Part shown: in pieces, positions 1 through 9,931 of the stretch
Layout of the letters: the number at the start of each line of letters is the position of its first letter
Position numbering within the stretch: the first letter of the stretch is position 1
Notes under the pieces: generated by a model
Seen by the model: the letters and a program-made list of their open reading frames with translations, nothing else
Told to the model about the DNA's origin: nothing
Database searches by the model: none
NCBI GenBank assembly: GCA_043228905.1
Contig: JBHGNT010000018.1
Span: 3,844,001 to 3,908,000 of the forward strand
Source: Azolla caroliniana
Taxonomy: Eukaryota; Plantae; Polypodiophyta
Direction: 5' to 3'
Length of the DNA stretch: 64,000 nucleotides
Translations under genes and position numbers: made by a program

Positions 1-323
1 GTGCTGCCGAAAGCACTCAGGCATTCCTCAGAGCAGCGCGAGCCTCTCGAAACCTGCACAGAAGGAAGCTATGGAGTTTGCGAACCAGAGAGAGAGAGAA
101 GCCTTCGCACCCAAACCGACAACACTTCGTCCTCGACTCTCCGCGATCCCCTCCTCTTTCGCGTCTCCCTCCTTTTATATGCAGGGAAGGAGCCGTTTCC
201 CCCCCTTAACTTCCTACCCACTAAATCTACCTGCCTAGGATCTTCCATGGACAACATTCGAGAAGAGCTGGTTCCTACGCTCCTGTGCACCGATTCCGCT
301 TGTGGACGGTTTTCTTCACGACA
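1..323 (-). repeat. 3' LTR of Gypsy A (partial)
   Basis: Aligns without gaps to 6320-6642 with about 7 substitutions (hand count). Ends ttcacgaca, immediately next to the PPT. Confidence 0.95.
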
Positions 324-335
324 TCCGCCCCCACC
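324..335 (-). other. Polypurine tract of Gypsy A
   Basis: Minus strand GGTGGGGGCGGA directly before the LTR TG; nearly the same tract is at 8202-8213 in element B. Confidence 0.85.
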
Positions 336-396
336 TAACCGCGCATCCACCGGCATGCGCCAAAATGAGTTGGGACGGAGAAAACCGGTCCAGCCT

Positions 397-3300
397 TCAC
401 TCCCCGCCCGTCGGTTCTTCCTCGGTTTCGGATCGTTCGTCGTCGCGGTCCAGGTCAACCGGATCCGGCTCGTCGTCGTGACGCTTCTTGAACACTTTGA
501 TCCACTTCCCTGCCACCGGTATCGCCACTCGCGTAACGTCAAGTTCCGCCAGATGGTACGTCCCGTTGTCGTTGGCGCTTTGTACCACGTAAGGCCCGAA
601 CCACCTTCTTGCGAATTTCCGTGTCGCTCGGTGCTGGTTGTCGAGGCTGCTGTCGTAGACTAGCACCCAGTCGCCTTCCTCGATCTTCTTCGGTCGGAGC
701 TGGTGCGTTCGGTAGAACCGGGCTTTGTTCCTCATCCTTGCTTCCCGAAGCTTTTCCGCAACCTGCTCCACGTCCTCCGGTCTTCGCTCGAGCTGTCGTA
801 TACGCGCCGCCAACAGTTCCTCCCTGCTCATCTCGTTCCTCCAGTCTACGGTTGCCCACGAGGAGATCGTGCGTTCCATCGGCATGACCCGCTTCTGCCC
901 AAACATGAGTTCTGCCGGCATGAATCCGGTCACCGAACTGTGCGTAGTTCGGTCCGCCCACAACACGTAAGGCAGCAGCCGCGGCCAGTTCCCGACTTGA
1001 CCTCCGCATGCCCGAACTAACGCCTTGACGATCGGTCCATGCCCGCGCTCCACCTTTCCATTCGCCTCCGGATTGTACGCAGTGGTAAGCGAGAGCTTGA
1101 CTCCTAGCCGGCCGAACAGCTCCTCGGCCTCTTCGGCGTCCAACTCCCCGCGATCAGCCACAATCTTCCCGACGCACCTGTACCGGCATATCACGTCCTC
1201 AATCAGGAACCGACATACGGCCGCGGTCGTTTTGTTCTGAAGGGCCCGGCCTTCTACCTGGTTCGTCAGATCTTCCCGAGCCAGGACCATATACCGCATC
1301 TGTCCTACTCCCATCGGCATCGTCACCAGGTCTACCATCCAATTGAAGTGGACGGTCGGAGGGTACGTAGGGTGAAGCTCGTCCCGGTGTCGGACCACGG
1401 AGTGCATCTGACAGCTCTCGCAAGTTGTCACGAACCGATGCACGTCTCGGTACAGTCCCGACCACCAGTACTTCCCCTTTATCTTCTCGAACGTGGCCCA
1501 CGTTCCACGGTGTCCAGCCCAAGGGCTGTCGTGGTAGGCCGTCAGAAGCTCTTCTTGTTCTTCCTTCATCGCCACCACCCGGAGCGGGACGCCGTTCCTC
1601 TTCTTCGGGTGCTTCCATAAGTATCCGTCCCGGAGAAAGAATCGGTAAGCTTTCTTCCGGACCCGGTTGGCCTCGTCCTTCGTCCATGACGCATCCGGTG
1701 TCATCGTCCTCAGAAACCTACCGATCTGGAGCCACTCGCCGTCGTACTTGCTCTCGTCGAAGCCATTAAGCGCCGGAGTGCTCGTCCCATCGGTTGTCAC
1801 GTACGCCGCCTCGAAGAAGTCCACGCCGACTTCTTCGTCCTCCGAAACCATGCCGCCCTCGTCATCAAACCTCGCCCTTGAAAGCATGTCGGCCATGGCG
1901 TTGTCCTTTCCGGAAATGTGCCGTATTTCCGGATCCAGGGACTTGATGTATGCTATCCACCTGAGCATCGCCAGGTCCGGTGTCGCGCAACTGGAAATCA
2001 TGCCGAGAATTGGCAGGCAATCCGTCTCGATAACCACTTCTGTCCCGATCAGGTAGTCTTTGTCGGCTTTTACTGCCGAAACGATACCCCAGAGTTCGCG
2101 TTTAACCTGGGCGTACCCTCGTTGTCGTTCACTGAGGACCTTCGCACCGAATCGGATTGGGAACCGAATGCCATCCCCGTCTTCTTGGTTGACGACCCAT
2201 TCGATCCCGGTCGGACTTGTATCCACCGTTATGTATACTGGGGTACCCTTCTCGTAGACAGCCTTCCGGAGCGCCAGTGCTGCCGCAAGAGCTTCCTTCA
2301 GCTTCCGGACCGACTGCGTGTGCTCGTCTCGCCACTCGAATTTTTGCCCTTTCTTCAGCAACCCGTATAGCGGCTCCGCAACGTGGGCGTAATGTGGGAT
2401 CCATATGTGGTAAAATGCGCATGCCCCCAGGAACCTCCGAACTTCCGTAACCGAGCTACAGTCGGTCTTCATCACGGAGATGGCTTCTACCTTTGCCGGA
2501 GATGGCTTCCGGCCGTACGGTCCACATAGGTGCCCGACCACCAGGATTTCTGATTGCCCGAAGGCCGATTTCTCCCCGGAGAAGGTGAGCCTCGCATCCT
2601 CTAGCCTTTGTAGCACCTTCTCGCAGTCGCTGATGTGAGTTGCCACGAATCGCCGGCATCCGTCCGGCCCGACTGTCTCGTCCTTCTCTTCCACCGGGCA
2701 CCCCTTTATAGGGATGTCGTCTAGGAATGGCATGGTGATGTCCGGGATGCAATCCCTCAGTACCTTGTTCATTGCATTCACCATGTGGGCCACCGAGTTG
2801 GTCCCTCCTTGCGGCAGGGTACACATTCACACTAGGCCGAGGGGAGTTCGCATCGTCGTAATGTCTCTGCTCTCCACGGCTAGCTGGAACTGGTCGTACC
2901 CTGACTACAGATCACCGACCGAGTAAATCGACCTTCCGGCGAAGGCTTCTGCGAACTCGTCTATGGTCGGTCCGATTCCTGTGTTCCGAATGGTCACTCT
3001 GTTGACCGGCTGCAGGTCCTGAATGAAGCGCAATGTTCCGTTTTTCTTTGGTGCGGTAAACCATCAGTTCGAGTATGGCGCGCTCGACGGTTCGAGAATA
3101 CCCATATCGACTTTCTGCCTCAGTAGCTCCATCAACTCCGGGATGTGAGCTCTCGGTACCGGAATCGGCTTGAGATTCCACGACACATGCGGTACCGTGA
3201 ATATCACCATCGGCTCCACGATTGTCGGGTCTACGCACCCGATCTCTTTCGGCGAGAATGCGAAGGCTTTCCCGTGCCTTCCGAGCATTCTCCGAAACCG

Positions 3301-3870
3301 GTCTTCCTCCGCCGGCAGTAGGAACCCGCCCCCACCGATCTTGAGCTCCTGGAGCGTCCCGTCGGTGAAGGTGTGTCCTATGCAGGCCGGATCTCGTAAA
3401 CTGGGGTCCGACGCCACCCCTCTGATTCGGGACTTGCTGCCCTCCGGCAAGGGTGCCGCGACTGGCCTTACCTTCCGGTCCACAGTCTTGTACTTCGTGC
3501 AAACTCGGGCCGTCCGATCCGACCCGAGCCCCTGACTGAAGTTCGCGATGACTTCGTACATCTCTTCGGAACATACCGGCATCGTCCGGTCTTCGTTAAG
3601 GTCTTCTCCGGCTACCTTCCTCAGCATTCCCAAGGTGTCGTCGAAGGAGACCGCCTCCACGGCTCCGCTGATTTCCTCGTTCGGGCCGAGAACTCCGCAC
3701 GCTCGAAGTCGCACTTCCGCCCTTGTCTTTTCTCGGCCGACGATGCCGACTATCATGCACCCTCCGTTGTTGGAGAAGCAAAATTTCCTACCTATCGTAC
3801 AGTCGTGGGGGCTTTTCCGAGTGTCCGGGCTGTCTCGGCCCCACGCCTTAGCAGCCCTCTCTAAAAATCC
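397..3870 (-). pseudogene. Gypsy A pol (spacer-RT-RNaseH-integrase) in the -1 frame, with two premature stops
   Basis: One frame runs from 3870 through ORFs 3064-3756 and 397-2826. Motifs: KYKTVDRKVRPV, LPQGGTNSVAH, FLDD (RT), DTS/DCL/DMLSR (RNase H), H-H-C-C and D..D..E (IN), WFGPY. Stops at 3064-3066 and 2905-2907. Confidence 0.92.
3804..3870 (-). promoter_or_regulatory. Predicted -1 programmed ribosomal frameshift signal (G GAU UUU plus pseudoknot)
   Basis: Heptamer 3870-3864 is in the gag frame just before TAG, and the -1 frame is open into pol. Stem 1 pairs 3857-3852 with 3832-3827; stem 2 pairs 3845-3839 with 3810-3804. Conserved in element B. Confidence 0.8.
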
Positions 3871-5987
3871 TCCCGGCTCTCGCCACCGAGGGATTCGCGG
3901 TTTCTCTCGTGGTTCGGCCGCACCGTCAGAAATTGCACCGAATGGCGCCCGTCCTGGCTTTTGACCCTCGCGTAGGCCGAACCGTTGTCCAGCACCTTGG
4001 TCTCCATTCTCGCCGCCGTGATGTATGGTTCCCCTAATATGACTGGATGCGAGGACGTCTCCTGTACGAAGAAGTGCTAGTCAATCTCGACGTCGCCGAT
4101 CTTTACTCGCACATTCGGGCAGGCCCCGTGCAGTTCCTCGGTGGCGCGCGTCGCCGCCCATATCTTCCACCTGTGCCTGGTGTTGATCGGCCACTTTCCC
4201 TTCTTATAGAAGTCCATGGACATTAGGTTTATTTCCGAACCGTGGTCCACCAACGCCACCACCGGCTCCTGAACATCTCCGATCTTTACCGGGGTCTCCG
4301 TGGTCGCTCGGGCCCAGTGTGGCCTCGAATAGTGGCTCTCCGCCCACTCATCCTCCAACGCCGAGTCGTCGATGTGCGTCGTCCGCACCTCCACCGGTCT
4401 TTCCGGTTCCGTCTCCGTCGACAATCTCTTCCGTTTCACCAAGTCTACAATGGAGTCGTGGAACTCCTTCTTGGCGATCCCTAGCACCTCCCGCAATGAC
4501 AGCACCACTTTGCTGTCGAGGATCCGTTCTTCTAGGACCTTTCGTAGGTCCGTAGTCCTTTCTATTTCTGTCCCCAGTCGGTACCCGCCCTTCCTGGGGT
4601 TATCTTGCGGGCCGGACCCACCGGCATCGTTCCGTCGTTGCCCGAATCGGGTCTCGTACCGTTGCGAGGGCCCGGCCGCTCCGGCTTTCCCCACTCGTTT
4701 TTCTTCTACCAGAGCCTCGTAGTTCCAGCAGGCGGCTTCTACGAAGCCTGTCTTCTCCTCGACCGGATCGCTCCACCCGGTTATTTCCCGGACCCGTCTC
4801 TCAGCGCGGTCTGTTTCATCTTTCCTCAGTTGTGCGCCGGCGAGGCCTTCCAACATTGCCGACCAGAAACCGTCTTTGCTCTCCTTTCGGGCCTCGCTGC
4901 CCCCGACCCGAATACCGGCCGACGCCGAGTAGTGGATGGCCTCCACGTGTCGGGCCGCTGCCTCTTCCATCAGTCTCTTCATACCTCCTCGCCTGTCGTT
5001 TCGGCTCAGGGCCCTCCTGGTGTCGCCAGCGTGCACCCGGCCTTCCCACAGGTACACCACTCGGTTTCTCAATGCCTCTGCGAAATCGCCGCAGTCCTTC
5101 CGAATGTGGCCGACCTCGTCGCACCACATGCACCTGTTCCCCGCTGCCGGCCGTCGGTCACGAGCCGGTTCTCCGCCTTCCCTTCGAGTCTGGGCGATCT
5201 GGAGATCCTTTATCGCCCGCGTCAACTCCTCCAGCGTCGCTCCTCCGGACGAGGCATTGACCATGCCGGCTGAAGCCGGACCGGTTTCGAGCCATTCCCG
5301 GGTTTCTTCCCTTCGCACTTGCGGTGCCGGTTCAAGCCTCCTTGTTGTGACAGAGCCCGCACCGGCCGCCCCGTTGTCAGCCCATTCTCGCCGTTTGTCG
5401 AAACGGCCACAGACTCTCTTAACCGCAGCCCAGTCGGTTGTTAGCCCGTCTTCGGTTTCCAGCAAGGAGCCGACTTGATCCTTGTCCCGCTCGTTCACCG
5501 ATTTGACGAACAGTAGGACCATGCTCGTATCCAGAACGGTTCGGTCAAGCGCCGAAAGGCGCGCAAAGCGTTCTTCGAACTCCCGGAGGAGTGCCGACAC
5601 GTTTCTTCCCTTGCCGGGGGACTCCACCCATTCCATGAAGTCCCGCTTCGAAAGCCGGAGCGCATCGTCCAGCCCGTATTTTTCTAGGAGTTGGCCTTCG
5701 AACTCCTCCCAGGTATGGCTCTCCGCCCGCACCTCGAGCACCTCCGCATGGATGCTCGGCATCGCCACTCGAGGAAACCCGGCAAGACGCCTCTCTTCCG
5801 GAATATCCCGCATCAGCATTTCTGCCCCGTAGGACGCTAGATACTTCGTGGCATCCTTTCTGCTGAACCGGCTGATCGTACCGACGACCGCCTCAATGGC
5901 TCTGTCGAGGGCGCCGGTGCCCTTGCGTGCACTCAATATCCGATCCACGGCCGAAGCCATGGCCTCTGCAAGATCCGACCCTTTCAT
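3861..5987 (-). pseudogene. Gypsy A gag-protease ORF with one premature stop
   Basis: ORF 4077-6014, first ATG at 5987. Zinc knuckle CMWCDEVGHIRKDC and protease ALVDHGSEINLM. The TAG at 4077-4079 replaces a Gln codon (element B reads DQHFFVQ); the frame continues to the natural TAG at 3861-3863. Confidence 0.92.
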
Positions 5988-6009
5988 CTTCTGCTCTTCT
6001 GCCGCCTCT

Positions 6010-6027
6010 TTCACGTCGGGTTCACAA
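6010..6027 (-). other. Primer binding site, tRNA-Trp (one mismatch)
   Basis: Minus strand TTGTGAACCCGACGTGAA, 3 nt inside the LTR; complementary to the plant cytosolic tRNA-Trp 3' end ...TTCACGTCGGGTTCACCA (recalled sequence). Confidence 0.8.
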
Positions 6028-6030
6028 AGA

Positions 6031-6642
6031 TGTCGAGGTATTCCTCGCGGATGCGTGGAATGAGGCGGGACCTCGGGGGTCCTGTACCGAAGAGCAAGAG
6101 AGAAAGGAGAAGAGACCCACTACGTGCGAGAGTAGATTCACAGGGACACGGCCCTTCGACACAAGAAGCGAGTGGGGCAGCGACACAGAGAGACACGAAC
6201 GTATGTATGTATTAACAAAGACTAACAACAAAACACGAAGATGGTTACAACCGAACAGGCCGGCGAACAGATGCCGATACCTGTTCGTAAACGCACAGAA
6301 AGGAAGGAGTAGGTTGGAGGTGCTGACGGAAGCACTCGGGCATTCCTCAGAGCAGCGCGAGCCTCCCGAAACCTGCACAGAAGGAAGCTATGGAGTTTGC
6401 GAACCAGAGAGAGAGAGAAGCCTTCGCACCCAAACCGACAGCACTTCGTCCTCAACTCTCCGCGATCCCCTCCTCTTTCGCGTCTCCCTCCTTTTATATG
6501 CAGGGAAGGAGCCGTTTCCCCCCCTTAACTTCCTACCCACTAAATCTACCTGCCTAGGATCTTCCATGAACAACATTCGAGAAGAGCTGGTTCCTACGCT
6601 CCTGTGCACCGATTCCGCTTGTGGACGGTTTTCTTCACGACA
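6031..6642 (-). repeat. 5' LTR of Gypsy A (612 bp)
   Basis: TG...CA ends with a 5-bp inverted terminus; minus-strand TATAAAA near 6492-6498; repeated at 1-323. Confidence 0.95.
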
Positions 6643-7203
6643 ACGTGACAAAAGCTTGACCCAAAGTCGGAGAAATGTATCCTCGTAGGATACTCATTCG
6701 AACACAAGGGTTACAAATGCTACAACCCATCTACCCGTAAGGTTCAAACAAGTTGAGACGTAATCTTCAACGAATACGCATCCTGGTATGCACCAGAGAA
6801 CACTTCAACTCCAACCCCGCTCGACGCAGATGACATTGAAATAGAAATAGAAGCTAAGGATCGGCTCACACAGATGTTAGAAGATAGCCCAATTACAACA
6901 CGGCTAAGTGGACCATCAGAGCCGTCAAACGATGAAAGCACATCTCGACCAAGTCCGAAGCTGGACAAAGGGAAGGAGAAAATGTGGGAATATGAAGATC
7001 AGGAAGAGACCGAGATGCTTCAATCTCTTGATAGTGAATTTGAAGATCTCGACATTCGCATAGATAGAGCGAAGAAAGCCATACTCCCCACAGATCGAGA
7101 GCTACGTTGATCCACACGTGAAAAGAACCCCGTAAACCGCTACGAATACGATGAGTACATGGCATATCACTACGTTTTTATAATGAAAGTAGCGTCAGTA
7201 CGG
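6643..7203 (+). pseudogene. Fragment of host Ty1/Copia D: integrase C-terminal (SH3-like) region and IN-RT spacer
   Basis: Translates as KLDPKSEKCILVGYSFEHKGYKCYNP...DVIFNE and ...YHYVFIMKVASVR, then rejoins EPKMLFEAAKDPRW at 25747 once element B is removed. Confidence 0.85.
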
Positions 7204-8201
7204 TGTCATGAAGATCCGTCACTAGGCGCGGATCGTAAGGCGGAACCGCCGGGGTTCAGGACCGGAAGGATTCGAAGTTTACGCTAGTTTTAGCGAGAAA
7301 GTATTTAAGATAGATTGAGAGAGATTGATATGGCGAGAGAGAGATATTGAAATAATAGATTTGATAGAGAAGATACATCAACAATAGGGTTACAAGTTTC
7401 TTATTTGATCATCCAAAAATTTTACATTAGTCCTTTCATCTTTTTCCTCCCCTCTTTTATAGATGCCCTCATGCATGTCAGGGTACAAGACATGCATAAA
7501 ATGCATGTTTGCCATTTGGTGCTCATGTATTACATGTGGTGCATGATAACCATGTCACTCATTTTAGCTCTCATGTATGAGAATTTGCATGTAAAGTTAC
7601 AATGATAAAAATATAATTCCAAGAAAATGTGCAAGGTTCAAATCCTTACTTTCCCTCCTTGTGTATATGTATATATTTATTTATTTATCCATCTAGCCGC
7701 CGGTCGCCATCGTCGGATGTCGGTTACCATTCCGTCGCCGAATCCCGGTTCCATCGCCGGATGTCGGTTACCGTTCGGTCGTTGGTCGCCGAATCCCAAT
7801 TCCGTTGTTGGATGCCGGTTACGTTGTCGGTTGCCACCGGCTCACCGGCTCCGTCATCGGTCCGGTTTTGGTTGGCCAAAACCTTTGCATGTAGCCAAGC
7901 CACACCCATTCATCCAATAGCTTAGTTCAAGTCACCTTGAACTCTCTACGCTACACACATAAACACAAAGATAATAGCTTTTGCTCTATGTTATATATGG
8001 TGAGATCCTTATTTATCATGTCTATGAGGGATATCTCACAATTTTATTTTTCTCTTTGTCCTTGCAAACTTCCTACCCACATAAGTTGACACTTAGATGT
8101 CCGTTTCTTATGTAGTAAAGTGCATCCGAAAGCTCTTCAAGACCTCAGTCTTTTTGTAGTTTTATGTGATTTTCACACCATTGCCGAAAATATTCACGAC
8201 A
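7204..8201 (-). repeat. 3' LTR of Gypsy B
   Basis: tgtcatgaagatcc...ttcacgaca; matches 24777-25742 (the 66-aa shadow ORFs 7405-7605 and 24996-25196 are identical). Confidence 0.93.
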
Positions 8202-8249
8202 TCCACCCCCACCAAGAAGAGAGTGTGTGAGATTTCGGCTACGGTGATC

Positions 8250-9295
8250 AATTAGATTCTTCCACGTCCTCATTCACATTCGTCGTACTATCTTCATCAT
8301 CGAGGTGATCGAGGTCAGGATCCTCGTCTTGTCTTTTCTTGAAAACCTTTACTCATTTTCCCGCAATGGGTATAGCCAACCTTGATCCATCTAGCTCTGC
8401 AATGTAGTATGTGGCATTGTCGTTGGCACTTATCACCACATACGGTCTGAACCATCTTCTTGCGAACTTTCTTGTTGTACTGTGTTGATTGTCAAGGCTG
8501 CTGTCGTAGACCAATACCCAATCTCCTTCTTTGATCTTCTTGGGACGCAGTTGATGCGTCTATCGAACCGAATTTTGTTCTTTACTCGGGCTGCCTCCAT
8601 CATTTTTCGCGCATGTTCTAGATCTTCAGGTCTCCTTTCAAGTTGCCTTATCCGTGTCGCTAATAATTCTTCTCGGCTCATCTCATTCTCCCATGGTATC
8701 ACTACCCATGAGGCGATTGTCCTTTCGATGGGCATCACCGGCTTTTGTCCATACATAAGCTCCGTTGGCATATACCCTGTCATCGAGCTGTGTGTCGTTC
8801 TGTCGGCCCACAAGGCATAGGGCAATAGTCGTGGCCAATTCCCGACTCGATCATTGCATGCTCGTACGATGGCTTTGACGATGGGTCCATGCCCTCGCTC
8901 GATCTTCCCATTCGCTTCTAGATTGTAGGTAGTCGTGAGGGAGAGCTTCACGCCTAGTCGTTCGAAAAGCTCCGTTGCTTCGTGTGCGTCCAACTCCCCC
9001 TGATCGGCAACTATCTTCCCCACACATCTATATCGGTAGACAACCTCTTCAAGTAAAAATTTGCAAACAGCTGAGGTCGTCTTATTTGTCAAGGCCAACC
9101 CTTCTACTTGATTTGTCAAGTCTTCTCTTGCCAGCACTAAGTACTTCATTTGCCCCACTCCCATTGGCATCGAGACCAGATCAACCATCCATTTGAAGTG
9201 TATGGTGAGCCAGTATGTCGGTCGTAGCTCATCACGATGACGTATGTTGGAATGTACTTGGCAAGTTTTGCATGTGGACACAAAATGGAGTACAT
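8250..9295 (-). pseudogene. Gypsy B integrase fragment
   Basis: ORF 8433-9281 is closely similar to A integrase (WMVDLV, LAREDLTNQVEG, YNLEANGKIERGH); frameshifted near the C-terminus. Confidence 0.9.
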
Positions 9296-9300
9296 CTTTG

Positions 9301-9901
9301 TGTTGGAATTACGGTCCCTTCGGATGGGATGGTCGGATGTCAATGCCGACGAGCCCGGTTTCGGTTTCGGATCCGGATGACGAAGACCCCGGCTTCGGTG
9401 CCGGATGACGGATGTACCCGGAGAGCGATCCGGATGCAGGGACATATCCGTGAATATGTTCGCTATGGGCCCCTGAGGCTATAGTCGTAAATAGCCCAAA
9501 GTCATATAAGTATAAATATGACTTAGGGCAAACAGTTTTATAGTTGCTACTCATTTTTCTGTTTTTCCACTCAAGAGGAGTGAAGAGAGAGCAGCCGTGA
9601 GAGAGAGAGAGAGATAGAGCGCGAGAGAGGAAGAGGTAGACGCCTCTGTGTATTTCCGCCGCCTGTGGCGAGAACAGCGAGCTCAAGGTCGTCGCCTTGC
9701 AGCTCGTCATTGTATACTTCTCTTTGTATAGTGTTGTTTGGAGCCTAGTACTCCCGTGGTTTTTCCCATCTAGGGTTTTCCACGTTAATCCCTGTGTACT
9801 CGTGTGTTTCTCTCTTTGGTTCCTATTTTCTGCTCCATTGATCCGCGATTAATCGGTTGTGGCCGAGCGGAGAAGGTGAATAGAAGAGTCGATTCTCAAC
9901 A
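9301..9901 (+). repeat. 5' LTR of Copia C1
   Basis: TGTTG...CAACA ends; repeated at 14015-14615. Confidence 0.97.
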
Positions 9902-9931
9902 AACTGGTATCAGAGCGAACTGCTGCAGAAA

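Larger units (their letters stand above)
1..6642 (-). mobile_element. Ty3/Gypsy LTR retrotransposon A (non-chromovirus, tRNA-Trp primed); 3' LTR runs off the window start
   Basis: Direct repeats 1-323 and 6320-6642. Full LTR 6031-6642 has TGTCG...CGACA ends. PBS at 6010-6027, PPT at 324-335. Minus-strand domain order Gag(CCHC)-PR-RT-RNaseH-IN is Gypsy order. No chromodomain is visible after the GPY motif. Confidence 0.95.

Noticed and set aside
6012-6014. GTG inside the PBS as the gag start in A and B
   Set aside because: It is in frame in both, but the triplet is fixed by tRNA complementarity and in-frame ATGs follow at 5987 and 24704.
5927-6688. Plus-strand ORFs 5927-6688 and 1-663 as a duplicated gene
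   Set aside because: They are antisense shadow frames of the two LTRs of A, with non-ATG starts and no recognisable motif.
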